A DNA stretch of 64,000 nucleotides, taken from assembly GCA_053919585.1 (NCBI GenBank), contig CM132790.1. One strand, written 5' to 3'. The DNA is from Euprymna scolopes. Its lineage: Eukaryota. The translations under genes and the position numbers were made by a program. The notes beneath the pieces are model-generated. The model had not been told where the DNA came from and did not search any database. It saw only the letters and a program-made list of their open reading frames with translations. Shown one piece after another: positions 26,975 through 39,174 of this stretch (positions within the stretch are counted from its first letter, which is position 1; every line of letters starts with the position of its first letter).

Positions 26975-28128
26975 TCTAATATATATCCATATATGTGTGT
27001 TTAACAACAACAACAACAACAACTAATTCTTAAAATATGCTTTATATATTGCGTTTATTGCACGTTAGACGTCTGAATTTAAAAAAAAAAAAAACTATAA
27101 AGGTGATTACTCTTAAATATCGAACGCAGTAGTAGTCTTTTCAATGTTTTTTATGACTATTTTTATAGGTAAGGGAAAAACATTAATATTTACTTGTTTC
27201 AATATTGTTCGATAAATATCACGCATTTGATCAGTAGCAGGTAATTAAACACAGTGAATTACGACATGACACTAATTCATAGATGATATCGATTTAAATA
27301 ATACAGTAATAATGGAATTTCTGTCATTATAATTACGCTGATAAATCAACCAACGAACACAAAATCCCCATCTATTTATTTTCGGTTAGTTTTAACGTGT
27401 TCATTTTTGAACAAATGTCTACTTTATTCAGTAGAGCAATCTATCACGCTGTTACTTACTACATTCTTATTACGAATAAAATTTCATCGTTGAACACGTA
27501 GATGCAATTAATGCATATTAGGGAAATCGTTTGTTTCCATGGCAAATATTTCTTAAATAAGCTGACATTAGGTTTTATACCTCATTCGCTCCTTTGTTCT
27601 ATTATCCGCTAGATGACAAGCACACGGCGCAAGAAGGTATTTTATTCATGTCACTGTTTTAAAATTTTATCATTATTATTTTCATATTGATGTATATTGT
27701 TTTGCATTACTAGTAATAAATCCGTTTTACACATAGCTCTACACGATTTTCTTATTGACTTCCACGTAATTACAGCCGTATTTTACAAAATACATAGATA
27801 AGTTGTTTTATATTTTACGTTTTATAATGTTCTCCAAATGCAAGTTATTATTGGATAGGAAATTAGTTGCAATAAGATTTGTTTTTCAAAATTTAACTAC
27901 TACCAACATATACCACTAAATTATATAATTATGCATATTATTTATTCGAATAGCTACAATATTTAATAATTACACATCAATAACAACGTGGAAATTATTT
28001 TTATATTATATCATCTTTGATTTAAAATAATTATTTCCTTAATTGTCTATACTATATTACTAATTAAACATATTATTTTACAAGAGAAAGCAGTTTAATT
28101 TAATTTACTAGTAGTAGAAATAGTTATA

Positions 28129-28190
28129 ATACTACTACTTCTTCTCCACTACTACTAATACTACCACTACTACTACTACTACTACTACTA

Positions 28191-28237
<47 letters not shown>
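28129..28237. repeat. Compound (CTA)n-(TTA)n microsatellite
   Basis: Direct inspection. Confidence 0.95.
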
Positions 28238-29167
28238 GAGTAACTTTTAATTGAATATCATTTAGATATTCCATTGGGATCGAAATTATCACGAATGTCA
28301 GGAAACATTGTTAGTGTAGTAAGGACTTTGTCGTATCAAACGCCGCCAATCATAAATTTGGAGAATAGACACCATTTAAGCAGTGATATACTAGAAACAA
28401 GCAGAATTGACAACTAGAAATATAGGAATTCTCTTTGTTATTAAACTATTAATTTACATTACCTGTAGATATTTCGTAGGGCATGTCTCGCATATGCATG
28501 CAATGCTTGACCAGCGAACCAATGTGCGTGGTCAGTGCAGGCAAATGCTTAGTAATAATCTGTGAACTTTACAATAATCATACATTTTTGACATACTTGT
28601 AAAACTCTGTAGACGAGCGATTAGTCTCACGTTTGCTGTGTGTTTACGATAGACTACAAATATGTTTGAAAATTGTTTAACCATTCGCAAGTAACAAACG
28701 ATAAGTTTAAATACAAAATTATGTATGATTACTCTACACATCTCTCTTGCAAAAATATCCTAAACTCCTACTTGATCTTTTGCAAACCTGTTTAAATAGA
28801 TCAATACTAGATTCCAGTAACACAGCAATAGTCTCTCTTTGCTACAAAATAATTACGCTCATGAGAAAAAAGGTTCATAATGAGGTTTGGCGTTGCAATG
28901 TGTTAGTTAATCAATCAGTCTTATCTGTTATGCCGTGAACTTCAATCTAATACTGCACAACGTATTTCTTCATTTTTATCTTAAACATTTTTAATTTATG
29001 TTAACATATTCTGATGCAAGTTATTTTTTTCTCATCTTATTTTTCAAAAGTATTTATGACGTGCGGTGCTATCGACTTTATCCCTTTGTTGCTATATCCT
29101 GGGCCCCGTGTACACTTTATGTGATATCTCCATTATTTATTCGCGTATTGCCCTTATTTTACAGGAC

Positions 29168-30397
29168 ATGGCAGAATCAACGACCGTGAGTACATCAACA
29201 CCCCAGTGGGAGCTGGGACAAAGAATACACTGTGTAAAATTTACTACAAGGCATGCTCGTTTGAAAAACCCAGCACAGTTTCATGCGTCAGTTTGAATGT
29301 GAAAAGACTCCATCCAAAAGCAGAATTCAGAACTCGGTGGACCACTTCGAGAAGTATGGGACCGTGGAGAACCTCAACGCTGCCAGAGATAAACGTCCAA
29401 GCCACTCGATCCGAGCTGCTCGAAAGAGTGTGAAAGTCTCTCCAGCAGAGTCCGAAACGCTCTGTGTGTAAGCGAAGTCAGTCCCTCGGTTTGTCCCGTG
29501 AGACTTGCAGGAGAGTGCTGGGGAACGATATCAGGGCTGGCTCATACAGAATACAGACGCTGCAGACCCTTCCAGCCTCAGACAACAAGGAAAGGAGGGC
29601 TATGACGAAAAGATCGAGGAGACACCAAGTTTCCTTAACCTCTTTTGGACCTCAGATGAAGCCCACTTCCATCTTGATGGAAAGGCCAACTCCAAGACAA
29701 ATGTATTCTGGGAGAAGCCACCAAGCCCCTGCACTCTCCTCCGTGCACGGTGTGGGCTGCAATCTCGGCCAGAGGCATCATCGGGCCAATATTCATCGAA
29801 GAACCTGGCGCATTAGTGACAGTCACCAAGAGTCGGTATGTGAAGGTCCTCAAACCTTTCAAGAGTGAGCTCCAGACCATCTACTCATCGCTCATAAGCA
29901 AGATCTGGTACCAGCGGGACGGAGTAAGTTTTCATACCTGAAACTAGTTCCGAGATTGGCTGAAAGAGAACTTCGGAGGCCAAGTGATAGGTCTCAAGAT
30001 CGATTTTGAGTGGGAACCCCATAGTCAGGACCTAACCCCCTCCCCCAGATTTTTTTATCTTTGGGGCTATCTTAAGGACAGACACTACGCAGGGAAACCT
30101 AGAACCATCACGCAACTCAAGGAAGCCATCAGGGAGGAGAAGGAGCCATTATCAATTCGGTCTATAAGAACATCATGGACAACTTCGTGCTGCGACTCAA
30201 GAAATGCACGGAGCTAAATGAAGGACATCTAGAACATATGATGTAGAACGGAGAAAAAAAAAGGCCAAAAATCCTAGTGTTTTGCTGTGCTGTTTTGAAT
30301 ATAATAAGCTAGTTATGACCAAAGTTTCATTTCATTCAGCAAAACACTAAGAAACAGGGCCTAATTAGAGCTGCGGTCCGTTTTTTGGGTCACCCTC
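29168..30397 (+). mobile_element. Decayed DD41D (rosa/Visitor-type) Tc1/mariner transposon; 3' TIR retained
   Basis: Motifs FWTSDEAHFHLDG, WAAISARGIIGPIF and WYQRDG..WEPHSQDLTP(P)DF.LWGYLKD; the second-to-third D spacing is 41 once a poly-C frameshift is corrected. Stop at ~30246. The 3' TIR ..ccgttttttgggtcaccctc is followed by TA (30398-99). 5' TIR not seen. Confidence 0.88.
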
Positions 30398-33003
30398 TAT
30401 GAGGAAGAGGAGAAAGAGGAGGAACGATAGTAGTAAAGTCCATGGAGACAAGTGATTATTCATTCATCAGTTTTATAACATTGCATGTTCAGCCTGTTAC
30501 CACGTAGCATGTTTGTATCTTCTCCTACAAGATTGTATTAAAATGTAGTGAACACTTGAACAATACAAAATTAGGAGCCATACTTACATCAAGCTTTATC
30601 TCATCAAAAATTGTAAAATTCTCTTAGACTTTTAACAATCCGTGTGGCAAACATGTTTACTGTAGGTTCGTGAAACCGTAAAAATAGAATGTTCCAATAA
30701 TCTTTTTTCCTACAATGTTTTTAATAAGACTCTCAAATTAATTGATGGACTTTTATTCCTTTTTCCCAAGCATTCACTCTAGGAATATTGCATAACTTGA
30801 TGAATGGAGATTAAAATATTCTTATTTTAATGACTATCAAATTTATTATTGCAAACATTCTTTAATCAATCTATATGAAATTATTGTGAAAATAATTGGA
30901 AACATACGTGTATTTAAGCGTATAACCCCTGTATATAATAGGAAAAGTATTAAAAGACGTGTAATTAATACCGCTGTAAATTTCTATTGTTTAAAATGTG
31001 TTAATCTTTAGGAGGAATTACATTAATACTTATTAGTGAGTCCTTGCCGATGATGGCCCGTCGTTTTTTAAGAGACTAAAGAGCAGTTATGCAGACATCA
31101 TCATTACTGTTATACTTTATTTAAACTTTCATTGTTTCCATCTTATTAAGTGTTTCTTTTTCGCAGAGTCATCTGTTAAATAAAGCATGTGCTTATTTTT
31201 AGAAAGTCAATTATATTCAGATAATATGTTTACAAGTATATCAACTGTTTCTGCCATGTTTTTCATTCATGATTAATTTTGAGGTTTCATAATATGGGAA
31301 TGTGTTTCATATTTCATTGTATTTACTGTTATTAATGGTGTAATAGTAAGATTATTATCATTAGTAATATCTATATACGCACTATTCTATATTTCCACAT
31401 ATATTTTTAGAGCATTTATGTTTTTATTTTAGTCCAAACAAGAAATTGTTCAATTATATTGGATTCGATTTTAAGAATAGTGACCAGAGTTCATGGGACA
31501 TACGTGGCGCAGATACGACATTATAATATTGATTATTCAGCCGTCTAAACTGAACGCTTATTCTTTCAGATCCTTTTCCATTAATTATGGTTGTAATAGC
31601 TATATTCTTTGTTTATTTTCGTTGCATTTGTATTCTTTTTACTGTTGTTTTTTTATTGTAATTATTGATTTTAATTTGAAACTCGAAAGTTATATTCTTG
31701 AAATTTATAATTATTTATGCATCAGCCCAATATGTGATAAAAGTAGTTATCAACGTCGAAAAAATCGATTCGTTAATGCATTCATATGCTAATATGTTTA
31801 CATCCGACTTTGAAAACGTTTTTGTTAACATTGAAAAAAACGTTATCATGAACATGATTTTACAAAATAAAACATGTATATGTTTGTTCTTATATTGATT
31901 CAGAATTGTTCCACTTTGTACAGGAACTATTATTCCTGAAAGATGGAAAATGCTTCTAAACACTGTGCAGATAGAAGAGAGTCATGTCACTGTGCGAACA
32001 AACTGCTTTGTCTTGTAGGCCAGTAACATAGATCAAGTATAAAAAATGAAAAGCATGCCATTTTTTTTACAGTAAGTCACATAGCATTTCTATTTCCTGA
32101 ATAATTTTAAAGATTAAAACTTACTGCTTAGATCCAAATATTTTTTCTAAACATAATAGTTTTCATTGGAAGATTACAACTTTTATGAAAGGGTTCAGTG
32201 TAACGATTATTATCTAGACAGCGTGCCCGACGAAATTGATCAGAAGTTTTAAATATTAAATATAGTTATTAAACTAATATTGTTGCAAACAATATTACCG
32301 CTATGCGGTTTACTCTATTTATATTTTAAATAGGGTTTATCATTTATTTATTTAGTTGAGCTAATTGTAGCTACTGAAGTGTAACATGTAGGGCATGACA
32401 GAATAAATTTGATCTGCGAAAAGAATCGTTCGTAGACACAGTTGACATAAAGTTAAGATGTTGACAGTGATCAACCGCGGTAGAAAAACAGGTTCGAAGA
32501 ATATCACGTTTTCGAGCTGTAAGATAAATATTTGGTCTCTTTTAGGAAGCCAAGCGAACGAGATACAGTTAATAATGTAGATTCATCTTCGATATTTGGT
32601 TGTGCGGGGCACTTCTTTCCTATGTAAGTAAGTTCGAAAGTACACTATTTGTATAGTGTGTAAGGTAACATTGGGTTCGCTCTCCTAAATACACTCTTTT
32701 CGAATGAAACATTTAACAAGTGCCGCTTGGGTAATTTTATTATGAAAAGAAGCGACTATATAGATAATTAAAGTACCAACACGTGGGGACTAGCACATGT
32801 ATGGATAATTTCCTTATATTTTCATTTACATTTTACAATTGCCGTAAAGGCTTTTCAGCAAAAGGGCGATAGACGATAGAGAATGTCGAAAGAGCACCCG
32901 ATATTGTAAAAGTAAGGTTGCGATTGCATGAAGCTTTTCTTACTATATAGCCTACATTAGTTGGCCAAATTGGACTGCTAGATATTAAATGCTTTATTTA
33001 ACA

Positions 33004-33370
33004 CTAGCGAGTGTACCCAGCGTTGCCCGAGTGTTGAGGGGGGGGTAAGGATAATGATACACTGCGCTGTAAAAAATAAATCAAACGCCGCAAAAAATAA
33101 GGATAGAAGCGAGTACCCGTCCAAGAGGGAAAAATGGTAAAAAAAATTTGCAAGGCGTATGATTACCTTGCAAAAATGGCAACGAAACAACTAACCCCTG
33201 CTTGTAAAAAACGGCTCAGTTGACTGTCAATGAATATATTTGGATATTTGCCGTTCGAGAGACTGTCCTGAAAAACGATATCAGTTTTGTCAGTATTCAT
33301 CACATGTGTCGGATTTTTTTTGGCAGACCCACAAACACAATAACTCAGATTTTCCTTTTCATGTATTAGA
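33004..33370 (-). mobile_element. Complete short non-autonomous Helitron-like element (367 bp)
   Basis: Minus strand starts TCtaatac (33370) and ends tcgggcaacgctgggtacactcgCTAG (33004), followed by T. Confidence 0.72.
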
Positions 33371-34455
33371 CTAGCAGGTGTACCCGGCGTTGCCCGGCGT
33401 GAAAAGGTGTAATAGAAAGGTGGTTGAGTCCTAAAAAAACTTAAAAAAAAACGTATCAAGCAAGCAAGTACCTGTGAGCGCGGAAAAAAAAACAAAAAAA
33501 TATAACACGTCCCATAAAAAATGAAAATAGCAACGAGTACCCGTACGAGCGAAAAAAAATTGGTCGCAGTAGTCAGGCTCGAATCTTTAACGCTCTGACC
33601 CACGACGAACTTACGAAGTTACGGGCCTTACGTTTAGATCGCGAGATGTGAATGACATTGCAAAAACATATATTCGTTTTCAGCCCAACCGAAAAAACTA
33701 CTTCCGTGCTTACACAATAGGAAAAATAAGAAGGAAAAACGGTGCTCATGCCCTTTGGATATCGTACTATTTTTAAGAATAAAGTCATGTTTCACGATAT
33801 CTTTTTTTTTATTAAATTGTTAGGTGGAAGCACATCATAGTTATAGAACACCCTTCTCTTCCCATGTAAAGAATGGGTATTGGAATAATAACTTTAAAAT
33901 TTCTACACGGTAGAAAAAGTGCATAAATACCCAAAAAAAAAGGGCAATAATTCCTGTCCGTATTTACAAAATGGATAATCGATTTACTATAACGTTGTAA
34001 CTAAAAAGTTAAAACCATTTACAAATGTCGAAACAATGACTTTTCTTCTAAATTAGAGGGGTGTGACTTCAGGTTCACCGAATGTTAGCTTTTTATAATA
34101 CAATATTTCAATTTACTTAAACATCTGATAAAAATCTCCATGAGAAAATTGTTTTTATAACAGAGTAGAAACCGTTTAATAATGATTAGATAACTATGGA
34201 TAAAACGACAAATTAAATAATAAAAAAAATCTTCCAACCCTGTTAAAATGTTAAAATTCTAAAAAAATCTAAATGATAAAACCTTTTCTGTTTTTTGTCT
34301 ATCATTTATTGGTTGAAAACCTTCAGTTTATAAGAAAACTGTTTAAATGCAAAAAAAAAACAAAAAAAATAAACCCTTACATGTACACGAACGTCCGAAC
34401 TAAAACTCACGTCGGACAGTCTTATCAACTACCCATAAAGCTTATTTAAATATAT
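33371..34455 (-). mobile_element. Non-autonomous Helitron-like element, abutting the previous one
   Basis: 3' end ccgggcaacgccgggtacacctgCTAG (hairpin + CTAG at 33371-33374). Its first ~200 bp resemble 33004-33190 (shared cgagtacccgt). The 5' boundary is approximate. Confidence 0.65.
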
Positions 34456-37400
34456 CGCTGGAAAATCTTTCCTCTGTTTAAAACTTTATTTCTATACGAA
34501 ATGAGTAAGTTTTACTAATTTTCACATATTATGCGACCGGGTTTTCTAGAAAGTATCATTCTAAATACGGTTCGATGCGTGTGTCGAAAGATTTAACAGA
34601 CGTTTGCGATTGCTATTATAGATGAATAACATTTTCACATATCTATATTGCGATCTTTAAAATAAAATAGAAAACAAAGATATTAAGCTGATTAGTGTTA
34701 GAGTTTACTCTGTAAATTCTGCTAAACATCTCAAGAACTAGTTAGTATTGAGAAATAATTGCTACACAATGAGATGTAGTTATAAATCTCAATGCCAAGC
34801 TAGCAAATTTCGATAATAAATTAAATAAGATTCATTACACAGAAATAAATAGATGATATTTCAAAGGCTGTTGAAAAATAGGGGTTTCCTTTTACAGTGC
34901 CAGAAATGACACTGTTATTTGTAAACAAACAAACGTTAAGCGAATAGAATCATATAGTCTTTTCACGCGATCACGTGCTTGCTTTGTCTTTCTTATTGGC
35001 ATAGCGATAATAAAAAAAAAACATTATTTTTATATACTTACACTATATGCCTTTCATTTTTTTATCACCGTTCCTTGTATTGGTGAACGGTTTTTTTTTC
35101 TCTTGGTCATCTGATGAACACGTGCGCATAGAAAGAATGTATGCTCGGAAACGCAATGGGAATTGTTGACTGATTTAAGGTTTTATGTAGAAAAAGTTCG
35201 TTACATTTAATGAGATGTAAACCGGGTAGATGCACGTTTTGGTATTAGATGTATACAATCATTATAACTAGAATTGTTTTTTAACATGCAAGATTTTAGT
35301 ACATTAACTAATAATTTCATTTTAATTCACAATACATGCTAACTGTTAAATTTCTTTCTTCAGAAATAGCCCCGATAATATTTATTTTATTTTATGCCTA
35401 TATTTGAACACTCACAGTGTGATTAAATATTAAATATGGTCGCTTGCAATAAAGAAAAAATGTATTTACCGAATACAAAAATTGCGTTATATACTTATTT
35501 ACGACGGAATCATAGTAATTTATGTTTTCCGAAGACATGTCCGTGCTTATGAAATATGATAAAAAGCAGAATTAGATAAAACCGACAATCAGAAATTGCA
35601 GAACAATATTTTCTATTATAGATGTGATTCAAGTACTACAAAACAACGTATTAAATTTGCAACAATTACGAAATTATGTAATGTGAAAAGAGGGAAAAAC
35701 TTGTAATATCTCGACAATAGAAGCTGCAAATTTAAAATGAGCTAGAAGAAAATGGATAACAAAGACTTTTCATGCTAGCAAAAATGAAGATCGTATACCT
35801 AAACTAACTAAACAAACTTAATACAGTAATTCATTTTAGATCGTTGCTGAATTTTTCGAACGCAAATTATTGAAAACAAGGAAATTATAAAACTGGAAAA
35901 GTTAAACATATCTAATAAACACACTAAGTGTATGCACATTCATACAAAAAAGATGATTTTAAGCAAATGTTAATTTTTGAAAACTCCAACTTTGCTTCAT
36001 CACTTTTAAAATTAGACTTCAAAAAGTAACACTGTGTATGTAAATGAAGTTACAGTGTCTTTTCTGGTTTAAAAACAAATTGTAATAAATGAGTAAACAC
36101 TTATCCCAAATCCAAATAAAACAGACTCGTAAAAAAAATAACACACACTTACCAGAAAACACGTCGTGTACACTGAAATTCACATTGTATAACACATACA
36201 TAAGTGCTATGGATATGAGAAACAATAAAAATAGGAAACCGCTTTTGTTAAGGACTCCAATGTCAGAAACAATTATAAATAGTTAGTGTATATGCATAAT
36301 TCCGCACCTAAAAAGTAGTCAGCATATCTGCATATAAAAATAACCGAATGAGAAAAATAAAACTTCAAACCATTTAATAAGCAAATTTATTTTGAGATTC
36401 AGAGATCACATGCACCCAGTCCAACTCATTAGTGTATCTCCATTGATGTACGTCTATTAGAGGCCATTAACGTGTGTTGTTTAATTAAAAAAAAGCTCGT
36501 ACTTATTTGAAGACGTTTAAATCCAATGTGGGTAGATATTTAACTTATCTCATCACATAGTCCACTGCAGACATGCTAATAGAAAGCTGTCCAGTACTCC
36601 CAAGTAGCTATCTGCCGTGTTTTGAATAAACACGTATAAAAAGTGAAAATTCAGACGTGGTGCATATTTATTAAGTTTGCATGTATAAAAAAAGATTTCG
36701 TTATGTAATAATTATGAAAGTAAAGGTGAGATGAGAGGATTCAGCACTAGAAACACTGTCGCAAACAGCTAAATAGGGTCTTATTAGACAAAAGGTTAAA
36801 TTTAGACATGGATTCGACGCAATAGCTTGCATACGAGAATTAAGAATAACAGTGGTCAAATTTTTCATAGTCGAATGAAACATGTAAATGTCACTATTGG
36901 ATAGAGAATTGACAAGAAAACGGTACTTCATTCATTTAAGAATGCACCATCTTATTTGATGCATTTTGCATGCGCACATTAGTATGCATTTTTTAAGCAA
37001 CTGGCAGTTCAGAATGTGATATCTTTCCCCTATAGAAAATGAATTTGAAAACATTTACCAGAATGTAATAAAAAAACCCAAAAAACAAAACAATTTAAAC
37101 TGAAAAGATATAACTTTAAAAGCTAACCGACATCTTTTAGAATATCGGTTGAGATTTGTGCATTAAGAAACATTCATCTTAAGGGAATGAAATAATAACT
37201 GTGTAGAAAATTTATATATATTTTTTAATTCGAATGAATTACTGTTAAATCAAACACAGCAAAATTTCATGAGAAAGTCATGCAAACAAGTCTATTGTCG
37301 GGAACCGTATTGTACGAATAAGATATACAACTAAATAGAAACAACGTTACATGGGGGCAATTGTCTTAAGATATTACTCTTGTTCTTGTGAGGAATTTTA

Positions 37401-37804
37401 GTGAACATAGGAAATAAAATAATTCTAAAATTATTTTACAAGAATTTACTTTATGACTGACATATATCATCAGATCACTTTAAAAACATTGAGAGACACT
37501 GTTGAACTTCTGGAAGCTCTTACATAAGAATTTGTGAACAGGTCTATCCTCAGCAATGCAATGCATTTCTCTAAAATAGAGAAAATATATAATATCTAAC
37601 ATAATTCTTGGATGTCACAGAGATACATATGTTGTCGGCACAAAGCAGGAAATATGATTAATTCTCACCTGTAATAAAAGAAAGTGATAAGGTCTTCAGC
37701 TTAGAAAAGACAAGGTTTAATGGCTCATAGAAGGAATAAGATGTACGAATGTACTCGCATGCTTCGTAAGCGTACACCGCTTGCAGATTTAAATTCATAT
37801 TGAA

Positions 37805-39056
37805 CAAATCTACAATGCCATGCTTCTCAACCGTATCCAACAATAGATCGAAGAAGTGCTCAGGAAGAACCAAAATGGATTTAGAAAGGCTCGTTTTACT
37901 ACTAGTCAAATACTTACTGTTAGGAGACTGATTGAAGGAGTCAAAGCTAAAAAACATTGAGGCAGTCATGATCTTTGTAGATTTCTCAAAAGCATCCGAC
38001 TCGGTACATAGAGGAAAAATGGCCAGCATATTAAAAGCATATGGCATTCCAACTGAAGTAATTAATGCTATCATGATGAGCACACTCGAGCAATGGTTAG
38101 GTCCCCAGACGGGGACACTGGATTTTTCGATATCCGCACTGGGGGTTTACAAGAGATACTCTCGTCCCTTTTCTTTTCATTTTCTGCCTTGAATTTGTAC
38201 TTCGCACCTATGTTAATATACACAACATGCTAGGCTTCACCCTACATTAATCCAGAAACAGACCGCATCAATCAGCACAAATAACTGATGCAGATTACGC
38301 AGACGATATTGCTTTGTTCGCAAACAACACTGCTGATGCGTAAACAGTGTTACGTAAGCTAGAAAAGTCTGCAAATGACATTGGTCTCCACATAAATGCG
38401 GATAAGACAAAGTTTATGACTTTCAATGTGAAAGGAGAGATCAGGGCTTTGGCTGGATCAACATTGATAGAAATCGCTGAGTTTACGTATCTGGACAGAA
38501 ACATAGTTTCCAAATAGAGAGATATTGAAATACGCATCTCAAAAGCATGGACCGCATTGGATGGGCTACATTCAGTATGGACTTCGGGGCTGGTTGACAA
38601 ACTGAAAAGACAGTTTTCAGGGCAGTGGTACGGCCTGCCCTTTTTTACGGTGCTACAACCTGGGCACTCACCAAAAGATTGGAAAGAAAACTAGACGGCA
38701 GATACACCCGTATGCTAAGAACAATATTACATATATCTTCGCAAAATCATCCCATGAAGCAGCAACTTTATGGCAACCTACCTGCCATATCTAATACCAT
38801 TAGAGAAAGACGCCGACGATTTACCGGTCATTGTCGTAGGAGCAAGCGTGAATTGGTGAATGATATATTGCTATGAACTCCACTACACGAACGCGCAAGC
38901 AGAAGACAACTTAGATCCACGTACATCCAACAAATAGCACACGACGCCAACTGTGAACCTGAAGAGCTGAGGCAACTGATGGAAGACAGGAAACTCTGGA
39001 GAGGAAGATTTACATTGGTACAGGCAAGCAGCCCGTCATGATGATGATAATGATGA
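37805..39056 (+). mobile_element. 5'-truncated RTE-clade LINE (RT + C-terminus) with (TGA)n tail
   Basis: Motifs IYNAMLLNRIQ, NQNGFRK..TTSQILTVRRLIEGVKAKNIEAVMIFVDFSKASDSVHR, ITDADYADDIALF and LFYGATTWALTKRLERKLDGRYTRMLR; tail atgatgatgataatgatga. Multiple stops and frameshifts. Confidence 0.92.
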
Positions 39057-39174
39057 CTAATACAGATTTAACAATCATAGATTCTGAGACAATTTTTTTT
39101 CTATTATGATTGCTTTGAAAATCTTATTCCTGCCCATTTATCTTTCACACAAGAAAATAAACAAATATTCAAAT

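Noticed and set aside
35105-35160. ctgatga...gaaac hammerhead-like spacing
   Set aside because: No stem II closes directly on the core, and no stem III/UH or stem I is present.
36575-36665. Faint reverse-strand 5S-like similarity
   Set aside because: Too few matching positions compared with the clear case at 20335.
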